Origin: Callorhinchus milii
Taxonomy: Eukaryota
Assembly: GCF_018977255.1 (NCBI RefSeq)
Contig: NW_024704742.1
Span: 107,324,001-107,388,000, forward strand
Direction of reading: 5' to 3'
DNA: 64,000 nucleotides
A program made the translations under genes and the position numbers. Of this stretch, positions 38,370-51,161 are shown piece by piece; positions within the stretch are counted from its first letter, which is position 1, and the number at the start of each line of letters is the position of its first letter. The notes beneath the pieces were generated by a model. It did no database searches, had not been told where the DNA came from, and saw only the letters and a program-made list of their open reading frames with translations.

Positions 38370-38542
38370 TGGCAGTTTCGGTTACTGTATGCCCCTATCA
38401 AGGATTTCAAAGAACACTTATCTATTGTGGAGTCTCAGTGTGTTTTCAAGTGCTAGTTGTACACCACTTTCCTTGGTGTTCTTTATCCTTTGCCTCCAGC
38501 ACTCCTGAATATTATTTGAAGAATGTTTTCCGAGATAACTTC
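38370..38542 (+). repeat. Left arm of a 173-bp inverted repeat
   Basis: Reverse complement of 39471-39643 with 2 mismatches. Confidence 0.95.
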
Positions 38543-39144
38543 TGCAACCATACAGATCTGGCTGCTCCCTCTGCTCAGCTAATAGCAGCCTGCTTCATGC
38601 AATCTAGCCAGTAGCTTTCAGCTATTCTGACCAGACTTTCTGAAATTCCCCCTCCCCATGTTGAAAATCCTCCTGAGAACCAGTCTTTGCAATCGTGTTT
38701 TCAGGCATCTCCCACACCCTTATCTTTTGGTCCATATTGTGATTTCTTAGCTCAACTGGGTCTGGTTATGCAATATGTTTTTAACACTAGTTGTTTCTGT
38801 CTTTCCCCTTTCCTTAGTAAGAAAGGAAGAAACGTAGTATGAATTAAGCGTTACCTGGTTATCTCATGGTCCAGATCAAACTAAAAGAAACCAATTTGAA
38901 ATGTTGAGGCATTTCTTAATGTGTGATACAAGCTAAACAAAACTATTCTAAACTAATCTAATTTGGCATGAGGCTCCCTCAAATTGAAGTAACATGATGA
39001 CCTGATTCCCACCATGGAAAAAGAGACACTTGATTTTCTTATTTAAATAATCCATAACTTAATTAGGAAATCTGTTATGAAATCTCACCAACCAACTGAG
39101 CCAGGCTGACACTGGTGAAACCACATGATTCATAACATGTCATA

Positions 39145-39292
39145 AATAATAATCCTTGCATTTGATATAGCGATTTTCACGTCTTCGAGATGTCTCAAAG
39201 CGCTTCACAGAATATACTGTGAATTGACTGTATATTTGGGGGTGAAACGCGGCAGCCAATTGCGTACAGCAGTGTCCCACAAACAGTCGTGG
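39145..39292 (-). mobile_element. tRNA-SINE 3' fragment
   Basis: Reverse complement of the SINE core and tail. Confidence 0.85.
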
Positions 39293-39470
39293 TAGAAAAG
39301 GTATGGTGATAAAATGGTCCAGTAATAGTTTTTCCTATTGACAAATCCTAAAATTATGGCTGTATGCAACCACACACTCAGAGTGAGACTAGAAAATGTA
39401 GGTCTCAAATTATTTTACAAGTTTCGCTGGAAGGTTGAAGGACTCTGAATACATTACCAATAAACTTAAG

Positions 39471-39643
39471 GAAGTTATCTCGGAAAACATTCTTCAAATA
39501 ATATTCAGGAGTGCTGGAGGCAAAGGATAAAGAACACCAAGGAAAGTGGTGTACAACTAGCACTTGAAAACACACTGAGGCTCCACAATAGATAAGTGTT
39601 CTTTGAAATCCTTGATAGGGGCATACAGTGACCGAAACTGCCA
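39471..39643 (-). repeat. Right arm of the 173-bp inverted repeat
   Basis: See 38370-38542; both give the same ORF-track peptide (AVSVTVCPYQGFQRTLIYCG...). Confidence 0.95.
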
Positions 39644-40000
39644 CCTGCTGTGATGTTCTTGTTACAAGAGCTTGCCTTGTCCTACTTTCCAATTATCTAG
39701 TTCATCTCAGCACTTTAAGCAATGATGCAGTAAAGTAAATGCACAGTTTGTTCCTTTGTGAGTCAAAATTAAGGGAAATATTTTGCTTTATTTTTCCCGC
39801 TTAATACTGTCGTTTTGATGAAACTCTTAAGTTCATCACACTTGATAGCAATTCCATGTGAAGTGTTTTGGGACCTCTTTACACAGTATCAATTGCAAGG
39901 AGTATTATTGTTCATTTACTGTAATTTCACAAAAATACCATCTAGGCTCTTGAAAACAAACTGGCATAAAAATGTATCCTTCATTTTATTTGGATTTGCA

Positions 40001-40365
40001 TATAATCCTTGCTTTCGATATAGCGTTTTTCATGTCTTCTAGACATCTCAAAGCGCTTCACAGAATATACTGTAAAGTGAATTGACCGTATATTTGTGGG
40101 CGAAACTTGGCAGCCAATTGCGTACAGCAGTGTCCCACAAACAGTCGTGGATTGAGTAACCAAATTATTATTTTTTTTATTTGAGGGATTATTATCCCCG
40201 GAAAAGCGATCCTCCAATCGACTAACAACCAGGTTCCTACTTACTGCTAGGTAAATAGAGGCATGTAGAGTAAGAAAACATGCCCAACATTTCGCCCTGT
40301 CGGGGATCAAACCCAGGTCTCTCACTTGCGAGGTGATTGCTGTAACCACTGAGCTACAGGACTCC
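40001..40365 (-). mobile_element. tRNA-SINE, long form, full length
   Basis: Head ends at 40365 (gagctacaggactcc); includes the extra ~65-bp segment. Confidence 0.9.
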
Positions 40366-40883
40366 ATAACTTTTCATTGATCACCCTTTTTTCAGAGGTA
40401 TTTCTGGAGTCTTAACAGTACGTTTGTATTCCCATCCTCCTTTTCTCAGTTAAGAACTATTGCTCAAGTATGAACCCATATTTGGAGCCAAATCAAACAT
40501 ATTTGTATACAACAACTAAAAACTTGTATTTACGTTGTGCCCTTCACATAGGATAATGTCTCAAAGTGCTTCAGTGTGCCATGTACAAAAGCACAATGTA
40601 CGGAGGAAATTACAGACGCCATCAAGTGATGGTTGTGGAGCAAGGAGGGAGAAGATCCAGGGGAGATAACCTTAGGTCGACGAGGTTGGATTTAAAGGTT
40701 GGATTTAAAGACAACTAGAGAGGGAGCAAGGTAGAGGAGTACAGGAAGGGAGTTCCAGAGGTTAGGGACATAGTAACTGATTGATATGTATGATGAATAC
40801 TTTTAGCATATTTAACACTCAAATCAGCTTTCAACCTCCCTTGTCTAAAGATGATTAATTCTGGTGGCTTTGTGGGTCAAGGT

Positions 40884-41235
40884 GGAGTCCTGCATCATAA
40901 TGGTTAGAGCACTCACCTCGCAAGTGAGGGGACCCAGATTCGATTCTCGGCTGGGTCGAAACCGTAGGAAAGTTTCCTTACTCCACACACCGGTGATTAT
41001 CTACTAGTAAATAGGAACCCTTTTGTTAGTCGATTGGCAGATTGCTTTCCGGGGTTGGTAATCCCTATTTTAGATATATATATAATATACATAAATATAT
41101 CTGTATAATTTGGTCATTCAATCGACGACTGTTTGTGGCACACTGCTATGCGTAATTGGCTGCTGCCTTTCGCCCACAAAATACAGCCATACAGTCAATA
41201 TGCTTTATAATATATTATGTGAGATGTCTTGACGG
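40884..41235 (+). mobile_element. tRNA-SINE, long form (degraded)
   Basis: ggagtcctgc...ggttagagcactcacctcgcaagtg head, extra segment and core. Confidence 0.8.
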
Positions 41236-42954
41236 CGTCTGTAATTTCCTCCATGCATTGTGCTTTTGTACATGGTTAACCTGTGCGTTTTGCATGTGGA
41301 TACTTAACCTAGCCCTCAAATTGGACCCCAATATCAGAAGTTCATAGCAAACTACAGGGTAAACAAAGCAGTGTCCTAAAAAATGCTTTATATCTAGTTA
41401 GATTAGCTGACTGACAGCTGAAAAGTACCAGCTTGCTTCTCAGTGGGGGAAAAAATAACTTTATGTGCTGTTAGTTCTCGGGCAGCTGCAGCACCTTATT
41501 AGGAGAATAGTTTCAACATCCTGTGTGTATCAAGAGCAGGATGTTGAGTCACAAAGTGGAAATATTCAAAATAGAAAAGGCCACTTGTATAAAACTCAGA
41601 CTTGTTCTATTTTTATATATCACATGAAAGTTAATCAATCTTCACACCCCAGCACCTGCCCTACCTCTGATTTGCTCATACCCCACTTTGCGCCCTACAC
41701 AGTCTTGCTGAAAGAACCTCCCCTGCCCACTCCATGGCATTATCAGTGGCCGAGCCTTCAACCCACACTCCTAATCTCTGGAACTCCCTGCCTCTGCTTT
41801 GCCTCTTCTTTAGCTGTCTTCAAATACACCTCCACCTTCTCCTGAAAATATGAAGCACTTTGAGGCATTATCCTACATGAAAAGCACTACACAAATGTAA
41901 GTTGTTGTTGAAATTCACCATCGAATGTAACCTGCTGCGATATTTAGTTTGTCTGCTTGACTCAACCCATTCATGCTATTAAGGCCTTGGAATTTCACAA
42001 ACTTACATCACAAGTCAGCTGATAATTGAAGTGCTATTTTAAGAGGATGCCAAAGTTGTCGCTTCTGAAAATAGTCTTTTTCTAAGATGCTTTGAACCCT
42101 CAGCATTGGATGAATAGTGCATCTCTTACAGGTACAAGAGCACTACAATTTAGCACATAGATGGGTGACTTACTATTTACCTAGCAGTGAGTAGGAACAC
42201 GCTTGATAGTCGATTGGCAGATCGCTTTTCTGGGGGTAATAACTCCTTCAAAAAAAAATAGTAATTTGGTCACTCAATCCATGACTATTTGTGGGACACT
42301 GCTGTGTGCAATTGGCTACTGGTTTCGTCCATAAAAATGCAGTCACCTACACTTTACAGTGTAGGTATCACGTCAACAACAACTGACATTTGTGTAGTGC
42401 TGTTCATGTAGGGATAATGCCTCAAAGTGCTTCATATCACGTCTTGAAGATAAGTTACTACATGAAATGCTAGGATTATTATGATTAACTCTCTTGTTCT
42501 AACTCAAATTTGTGTTGACATGCACTAAATACACTGCATTTTAAGACTGATCCTTGGTCCATAAATCAGAATTGCTAGTAACAGACCACACTAATGCATT
42601 GATGAATTGATTCAAAATAGAGAACTGAAACAAAAGCAACTAGTGTGAATATGCTAGCATTCAAAATTAAATATCTCTCAATCTTGTGTCACGTTACAAG
42701 GATTATTTTAATGCAGGTATTGATGCCTATTGAGTTTGTCGGTTGCTATCTCCTTGTGTTTACTGAACCAACTGCAAGGGACAAATTTGCCAACGGATGG
42801 GCCTCTTTTTTATTTGTAGGTTCTTACTCAGTTTCAGGATATGACGATATCTTCAAAAACCCCCTTGATAAGCGAGTGACAACAGACATAGACAGCCAGA
42901 TTTTAATCTAAATCTCCAACATCAGTTAACCAAATTAGGTCAGATAGTCTATGA

Positions 42955-43150
42955 ACATTCATAGAATCTTACAGCACAGAAGGAAGTCATTCAGCCCATC
43001 GTGCCTGTGCCCACTCTTTCTAAGATCTACCAATTAGTCCTACTCCCCCGCTTGTACCCCACAGCCCTGCAATTTGTTCATTTTAAGTACCTATCCAATT
43101 CCCTTTTGAAACTATTATCGAATCTGCTTCTACCCCTCCTTCAGGCTGTA
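42955..43150 (-). mobile_element. CR1 LINE 3' end
   Basis: atagaatcttacagcacagaaggaagtcattcagcccatcgtgcctgtgc, the same type as 52500-53040. Confidence 0.7.
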
Positions 43151-46100
43151 ACAACTCTCTGGGTAACTAGATTAATGTAAACATAATAGTATATAATAAT
43201 TCTTGCATTTGATAAAGTGCCCTATCATGTCATCAAGACATCTCAAAGCACTTCACAGGATTTACTGTGTAGTGTAGTGACTGTATTTGTAGGCAAAATA
43301 TTTTTGGTTTATTCAACTTAAACTCAATATAATGAATGGTCAAATGAATGGTGGCTCCATTTGTAAGAGTTCATATTCCTCCACCTGTTTTCAGGCAGAA
43401 AGTTGCCATAGATACTATACTGCAGTAGAGACACTAACATGTAGGTCAAAACACAGCCAGAGCAGATTCTGTTATTTGACAACATCTTCTAAAAGTAAAT
43501 TCCACATAAAAAAATAAATGCATAAACAAATAAGTAAGTAGGGAAAAAGCCTTTGCTTTAATGTGGTGATGGGTTTAGTGGATGCTGGTCCTCAAGCAAG
43601 ATCAATGCCGGATGTGCTGTTTATTCATCAGTGGTGAAACCCAATCAAACTTTCCTTCATCCATCAGAAAAAGCTTCAATTTCCATCAGGAATATAGAAG
43701 ATCAAATGAGATACATGTAGAGTTTCCCTGACTGAGGAGTCATTGAATAATTGCACAGAAGACAGATCTTTTTTTTAAAACTGTTTCAGACTGTCGCCAG
43801 CAGCGGTGACATAATGGTAACGTAGATTAATAAATCCCTGTTTTTTTACTCTGTAATTCTGAATCAATATAAGCTCAGCAGTGTTAGAAGAACACTTTAG
43901 ATGTACAAAAATGATCATTTGAAATAGCTCAAATTCGCTTAGTGACGAATGGAGATTTGATCAACAGTGGGCCAGGCAGACTAAACATCGATTGTCGTGT
44001 TTCATTGTCATTAATGAAGGCTGAGTGGTAGCTTGGAGAAGAAGATGTATTTCCCTTCAAGCTCCATTAAGACCATTAAAATACAACATGAGCACAGTGC
44101 TGGTTGAATCATTGCACTCCTAATTACTGCACCCATTGAGACTCCAGCAGCCTATCTGATAGACTGCTCGGAATACAAAGGAAGGATGTGGGGTTTTTTG
44201 GACTATGCTGCAGCACTTTGTTCTGTCATTGAGTTTTAAATAGTCTTGCACACTATTTAACCTGTGATTGCGTTTGCGTAACTAGACTAACTTGCAACAC
44301 ACTCCTCTTCTCAAAAGAGCTTTGACTCCAAGGATCATGGAAATCAGTCAAATCCTCTTTTAAAGTTAATGAGAGAGAGAAAACTCACAGACAACAGACC
44401 TTCAAACTCCTATTGTGAATCAACATTCTATTACAGAAGACCTTGAGGAAGACTTGGCATTCTTTTTACTCGAGGCTGTGAACTTTTGAACAAGAATGTT
44501 ATCAAAAAAAAATAAGAGAGGTTAGAAGAATTTCTTTTACACACAGACATGGAATGCTCCAACAATGCACAGTTCAGAATAGCATTTATAAAAAGAATTG
44601 GACAAATAGTTGAAAAGGAAAACAATACATAATATTGTGGGGAAAAGGTAGTGAGTTGGACTAAATAGGTAGCACTTACAGAGACAGCAGAGATAAGATA
44701 GACTGACTGTAAAATTTGATTATTTTAACAAAGAAAACTAAGTAAACGACTTCACTATCCAGAAATACACCACCAAACTGAACTGCTTCACCTGGCCTGC
44801 TCCTCCTTCCCAATGTGAGCAGTGTACAGCCAACCATAATTGTGAACACATTATTTTTCTCTTCTGTTCCATTAGATTTGTAGTTGTTTTGACAATACTC
44901 AGAGATTGAAAGTGAAGGCATTTCTACTCCTGCCTTGTCCAGTATGGGTTTTTCCTCTCCATTTAGTTTTCTCTTCTTACCCCCACCCACCAACCCCGCC
45001 CATAAGTCCAATATGCACCAAGTCACAAAGCACATAGACAAACTGCTCTCAGGTCTATTATTTTGATTTTTAAGGATGTTTTCCACCTCCAGAACTTCCT
45101 ATCTTTCACCTAAAAACGTTCCTCATGGAGACTCGGCAGATTATTTGAAAATGTGCGCAAGGAGTGGGGAAGCTTTACAGTCTCGCCTCACACACCTATA
45201 AATTTGTCCACTTTCCAGCAGTGATATTGCTGGATAGTGGCTGGAGTGAGAACCCTGGCTGATTCCCCACCCCCCCACCTCCCTGGCTGAGGAGCATTGA
45301 GGCCAAATTATATCATCCTCCTTTCTCCCATGGCTCATATCAACTAACTCAGCACCATCCCGAGGATTGAACTTTCTGGGTCTGTATGACTTAAATTTTT
45401 ACTCCAGACAGAGGATTCACTCAGAGTCATCAGGTGAAGCTCAGAACAGTTCAAACATAGACAACTCTGGGGTTATCACACTGCTCCTGGGTTCACATCC
45501 ATGTACCTTTTCCTGATAATTGAAAATAACAATTGGGAATTTCCTATTATAAAAGCACAGCAAAAAGATCCCTATTTTGAATGATCAAATTAAGTTAACT
45601 GCCCATCCCATATTCTCCTCCACAAACTGTATCCTTGCAGTGTTAAAGTCATGTAAAGACCCCATGCCAACCTTATCCTTATGGGCAGATCCCATTGCAG
45701 ATAATAAATAGTGAAGTGGGCATCAGGAGTGGCTGTAAACTCACTGATGCATTATAGGTGCTGGATCAATAATGCATATATGTCCACCCAGTTAAAAAGC
45801 AACCTAAAGTAAATGCTTGAAAATTGGTTTTGATGTGCAGTGAAGGGCACCACGTTTAAAGCAAACTTATCTTTACCCTGACCTTTTATCTTGACCCTTT
45901 AACTCCCTTAGCCCTCTTCTACTGCGAGTTATTCTTCAGCCAGAGAAATAAAACTCTCATGTCAAAGCGCCTGAACTCATCATTCATTACACACTTCTGC
46001 TGTTGGACTCAATTGGCTGAATGTAAATATGAACAGCAGTGTTTACATTGCAGTGCACATCCCTGTATCCTGACCCAACAATCCCCTGGATGGAATTGGT

Positions 46101-48032
46101 CATTCATTTCATGGCTGTTTGTAGGACATTTTTGTGCACAAATTGGGTGCGCATTCACTTACAGATATGCAGTCACTACAATTTACAGTAAAATCCTATA
46201 AAGTACTATGAGAAGTTTTGACAATGTGATAAGGTGCTGTATCAACTGCAAGGGTTATTATTATTACCAATATCTGCCCATGCTAAGTGGGAAATCTTAC
46301 TGCTACTCTGGGATCAAGAAAATGTTTACCAGAACAGCTTAGAATATCCCCATGGGTGAAATTTATGACACTGATATGTTAATTATTACCAGTGATAATC
46401 ATTGATTAAATGCAGTTGAGACGGATAGTGAATCAAGATTGCCCCATGGGTGTACCTACCCCTGACTCCATTACATCACTTGGGTCTGAAGTTGCCTATA
46501 AACACCATTTCACTGTCAGTCTAGCAATTTGCAAAAAAATTTATTCAAGTTAAAGAATTTACAAACTTCCAAGGTATCTTGACTCCTAGTTATATTAGAA
46601 GGCTCTGGAGCTCACCTTCTCTTTTTCTTCTTTTGCCCAAAGAAGCTGATCTTTGTCACATTCTATATTTCTCTGACAACCAACCCTTTTTTGGTCAGCT
46701 GAGTATCTAACAAGTACAGAAACTCTTCACTGAGCTTAAGAGTCAGAGAGTATCTTACATCAGGGGTATGCTTATCCCCAATCAATTACTAAGGACAGAA
46801 CAAAAACACCCGCATATTCTGTACCTCGTGACTATAACTGTTGGTGATGATTATCGGGTTACATGTTCTTCGTCCTTCACTATAAAAGTACATTTCTCTG
46901 TAGATCATTTTAAACCAGTCTTCCAATTACTCTCCTCATCCTTGTCTGGCATTGCCATTCGCTTCGTAAGCTCTGCCTATATTTAGCTGTGTTCATCAAT
47001 TGCTCACATTAACAGAATGATACTGTACTCAGTGTTAATGGAATTAATGGTTTAATTACTTTCTAATCAGTAAAGAATGAATTTGTTCCTTTCAAATGTA
47101 ATTGTTCTTATAACGCTTAGTAAACATTGCATATGAGGGGTTGTGTACAGAGCGTGTGCTCTTAGAGTGACTGGTATGCCCTATTCTTGTGAACGTATGT
47201 TTTGTAGTGAAAAACAATGAGTGAATTATGTTATAATTCTCACCCATGATGTTATTGTATTGCTGAACAAATCAGCTCTGTGACTCTGTGGATTAGTCCG
47301 AGTCTACTTGAATGTGATCCAATAGCACCCCCAACCTTCACTCCTGACTTCATTAGAATGGTTGAGTCGAATGCTGGCCTTCGAACTTGCTGTCCTGAAG
47401 TTGACTTATTGTCCATGGGGCTGCAGGATCAAAAGCAGCTGCAGGCCAGCTTTGAGCCCAACTATTGTGATGAAGACAGATTGGGCCCGGGGGTAGGTGA
47501 GGGTGGGGGGTGACCCTGGTCAGACATTGACATACACAACATCGCCACAAATTTATACCACCAGTGCAAATGGGATGTGCAGATGCTTTGCAAACTTCAA
47601 TAGTTTTTATTGAAGAAGTTTCCATCTCACACTGCGAAAATCTGCTTTGCCCATAAATGCACTGAATGAATTGCCATTCAGTGTTACAGTGAAGTCAGAT
47701 TTTGCAGGAAGAATATATTGTCAGTAGCATCAAAAATACTTAATTGAAAATCCATCATTGTAATATTCCTTTGGGTGCAATCTTGTCAAAAAAATTGCAG
47801 ACTAATAAAATAACACTAAAAAGCAGCAGATCGTTTGTAGCATTTCGATTTGTATAGTATCAAACCCTTTTACGACGTGTGAGAGAAACAACCATTTTAT
47901 TTGGTGCAAATCACAGTCATGGACAGAGGATCAACAAAGAGGACAATAGAGACATGAAATAACTCTTCCTCTTGCTTCAGTGTAGGTATATGCATTGGCA
48001 ATTTTAGGGTCGCATTTTATCTAAGTCATTGT

Positions 48033-48394
48033 GGAGTCCTGTAGCCCAGTGATTAAAACACTCACCTCGCAAGTGAGAGACCTGGGTTCGATTTCTGGCA
48101 GGGCGATATGTTGGGCAAGTTTCTTTACTCCACACGCCTCTGTTTACCTAGCAGCAAGTAAAGCACAAGGTTGTTAGTCAATTGGCAGATCACTTTCCAG
48201 GGGTAATAATTCCTTAAAAAACAAATTGGTCACTTCCTTTCATGACTGTGGAACACTGCTGTGCACAATTGGCTGCCGCATTTCACCCATATATATATAG
48301 TCAATTCACTTTACAGTATATTCTGTGAAGCACTTTGAGACATCTAGAAGACGTGAAATACTCTATATCAAATGCAAGGATGATTATTATTATT
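48033..48394 (+). mobile_element. tRNA-SINE, long form, full length
   Basis: Head, extra segment, core, tail and (TTA)n. Confidence 0.9.
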
Positions 48395-49520
48395 CTAACA
48401 ATATTTTCTGAATCACCACGGCAGTAGAACAAGAGGATACAGGTTCAGGGTTGCAAAGGGCAATTTCAGGACAGACACCATTAGCCAATGGATAATTAAC
48501 TACTGTAACAGATTACCAGGACACAGGACTCATTTTAAAAACAGCTTGCTGTTATGAAGGGTACGTGGTAGGTGGGGAATGTGGGAAACTTAAAGTGGCC
48601 TTCTTCATCCGAACCAATTGTGTGACTGTGATCTTGTGATCTCAGTATGTGATGTGAAACTGCTTGTGTGTGAACCATTGCCTGATTCGAAACACAAAAA
48701 ACCTCATGTTCAGGTTAAATTGAGTGGGAATTTTGCACATGTTATAAGTATACCTGCAAAAATGAACCTAGTCACTTATAAATTACTTGTCACAAATAAT
48801 GGCTAACACCACTATAATATGACAGGATCAAAGTCGAGCTACATAATATTTCATGCAAGTCAGATTACAGTGTATACTTAGGGGAAAAAAGAGTAGGTGT
48901 TCTGGTTGAATATCTGTTTTATCTCAGAGAATTGTGCATATTGGTACCTTAGCTACACTTTATCACTGAATAAAGTGAATGAAACTATTCTAAGCATGAA
49001 ATAATCTCTAGTTTATTGATTAAGGAATGAACACTGTTTCAGTGAAACCTATATTTTATGTACTGTGACTTCAATATTCTCAGCAGGCTGCAATTGTGAA
49101 ATGAGAAAAGTCTGACCTTACCACAAACCATCTACGTGCCCCACTATACAGTTGTGGGTTCAAGTCTTGTGTTTGGGGCATTGAGCTAAGACTAGGTTCA
49201 CACTCCAGGGCAGCTTTAGGCAGGCACTGCATTGTTTGAAGGTCCCATTTGCCTGTTCAGGTCACTCTTAAAAATTCTTGAGAGTTGTTCATTTCATTCT
49301 TAATTCATTCTAAGAACTGCTAAAAATCTGCTTCCAAATTATCAATGACATTGCTAATAATAATCCTTACATTTGTTATAGTGCCTTTCATGTCAGGAGG
49401 ACATATCAAATTGTTTCATAGGATGTACTGTAAAGTGTAATGACTGTTTTTTATGAGCGAACACCCACTAAATTAAAACTGAACTTAAGAATGTTTCCAT
49501 AGTTCAGCGTGGTTTCCATA

Positions 49521-51161
49521 GTACATCACTGACATCATAAACCTGTCCCTCTCCTCTGGCTCTGTCCCCATTCCATTAAAAACTGCCATCATCACGCCCA
49601 CCCTGAAAAAACCCTCCCTTGATGCGTCGCAGCTATCAAGCTACCGGCCCATCTCCAACCTCCCCTTTCTCTCCAAGAAAGAGTTGTCGCCTCCCAACTG
49701 CGCTCTTTCCTCTCCACCCATTCTCTTTTTGAACCCCTTCAGTCAGGTTTCCGTGCTGCCCATAGCACAGAAACTGCCCTGGTCAAGGTCACCAATGATA
49801 TCCTGACCATCTGTGACCAGGGCTCCCTCTGTCTCCTCGTCCTCCTCGACCTATCGGCAGCATTCGATACGGTCGACCACGCTATCCTACTCCACCGCTT
49901 GTCCTCCCACCTCAACCTTCAAGGCACTGTCCTTGAATGGTTTAGCTCTTACCTTTCCCACCGTCTTCACTTCGTCTCAACGAATGGCTTCTCCTCCACC
50001 CCCCGTACTGTCTCATGTGGTGTCCCTCAGGGCTCTGTCCTCGGTCCCCTCCTCTTCACCCTCTATATGCTCCCCCTTGGTGACATCATCCGCAAACATG
50101 GGGTTAACTTCCACATGTATGCGGATGACACCCAACTCTACCTTTCCTCCTCTACTCTCAACTCCACGACCACCGATGTCCTGACAGCCTGCCTGTCCGA
50201 CATCGAGTCCTGGACGAGAGACAACTTTCTTCAGCTCAACGTGCGAAAAACCGAGGCCCTCCTGATTGGCTCACGTCAGCGCCTCCGCACCTCAGGCGCT
50301 GACACCATCAGCATCCAAGGCTGCACTCTCCACCTCTCAAAGCCAGTCAGGAACCTCGGCGTTTTGTTCGACCCTGAGCTGTCCTTTCTCCCTCACATCC
50401 GCACCACAACTGGCACCGCCTTCCATCACCTCCGGAATATCGCCAGACTACGGCACTACCTCACCCCTCACGCTGCTGAAACCCTGGTTCACGCCTTTGT
50501 CACCTCAAGGCTGGACTATGGGAACTCTCTCCTCGCCGGCCTTCCCGCCACCTCCCTCCACAAGCTGCAGGTCATTCAGAACTCTGCAGCTCGTGTACTG
50601 TCCCGCACCAGGCTTCGGGACCACATCACTCCCACCCTCGCTCGCCTCCACTGGCTCCCCATCCCCCAGAGGATTGATTTCAAGATCCTCATCCTCACCT
50701 ACAAGGCCATTCACGGCCTTGCTCCCTCCTACCTCTCCAACCTACTATCCCCCTACCTACCTGCCCGTACCCTCCGTTCCTCTGGCTCCGGTCTGCTCCA
50801 CGTCCCCCGCCCCAACCGCCCTACCATCGGTGGTCGGGCCTTCAGCCTCTCAGCCCCAGGCTCTGGAACTCCATCCCCCAGTGCCTTCGCCTTGCTTCCT
50901 CCCTTTCCTCCTTCAAGGCCGGTCTCAAAACCTTTCTCTTTGACCGTGCCTTCAGCTCCCCTCTCGACTCTCTTCCTCCTCCTCGCTCCCTCCCTTCCCT
51001 CCCCTCACCCTGACCATTTCCCCCCTCCTCTCTCCCTCCCTTCCCTCCCCTCACCCTGACCATTTCCCCCCTGCTCGGGTCATGACCCAACTGTGCAGCG
51101 CCTTGGGACGTCCTCCTGACGTGAAAGGCGCTCTATAAATGGAATCTTGTTGTTGTTGTTG
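49521..51161 (+). mobile_element. Young L2 LINE, 5'-truncated, covering most of the RT domain
   Basis: [51 protein letters not shown]; few frameshifts; (TTG)n tail. Confidence 0.96.

Noticed and set aside
49899..51059. 386-aa ORF with YADD as a host gene
   Set aside because: It is 5'-truncated L2 reverse transcriptase with frameshifts and an L2 tail.
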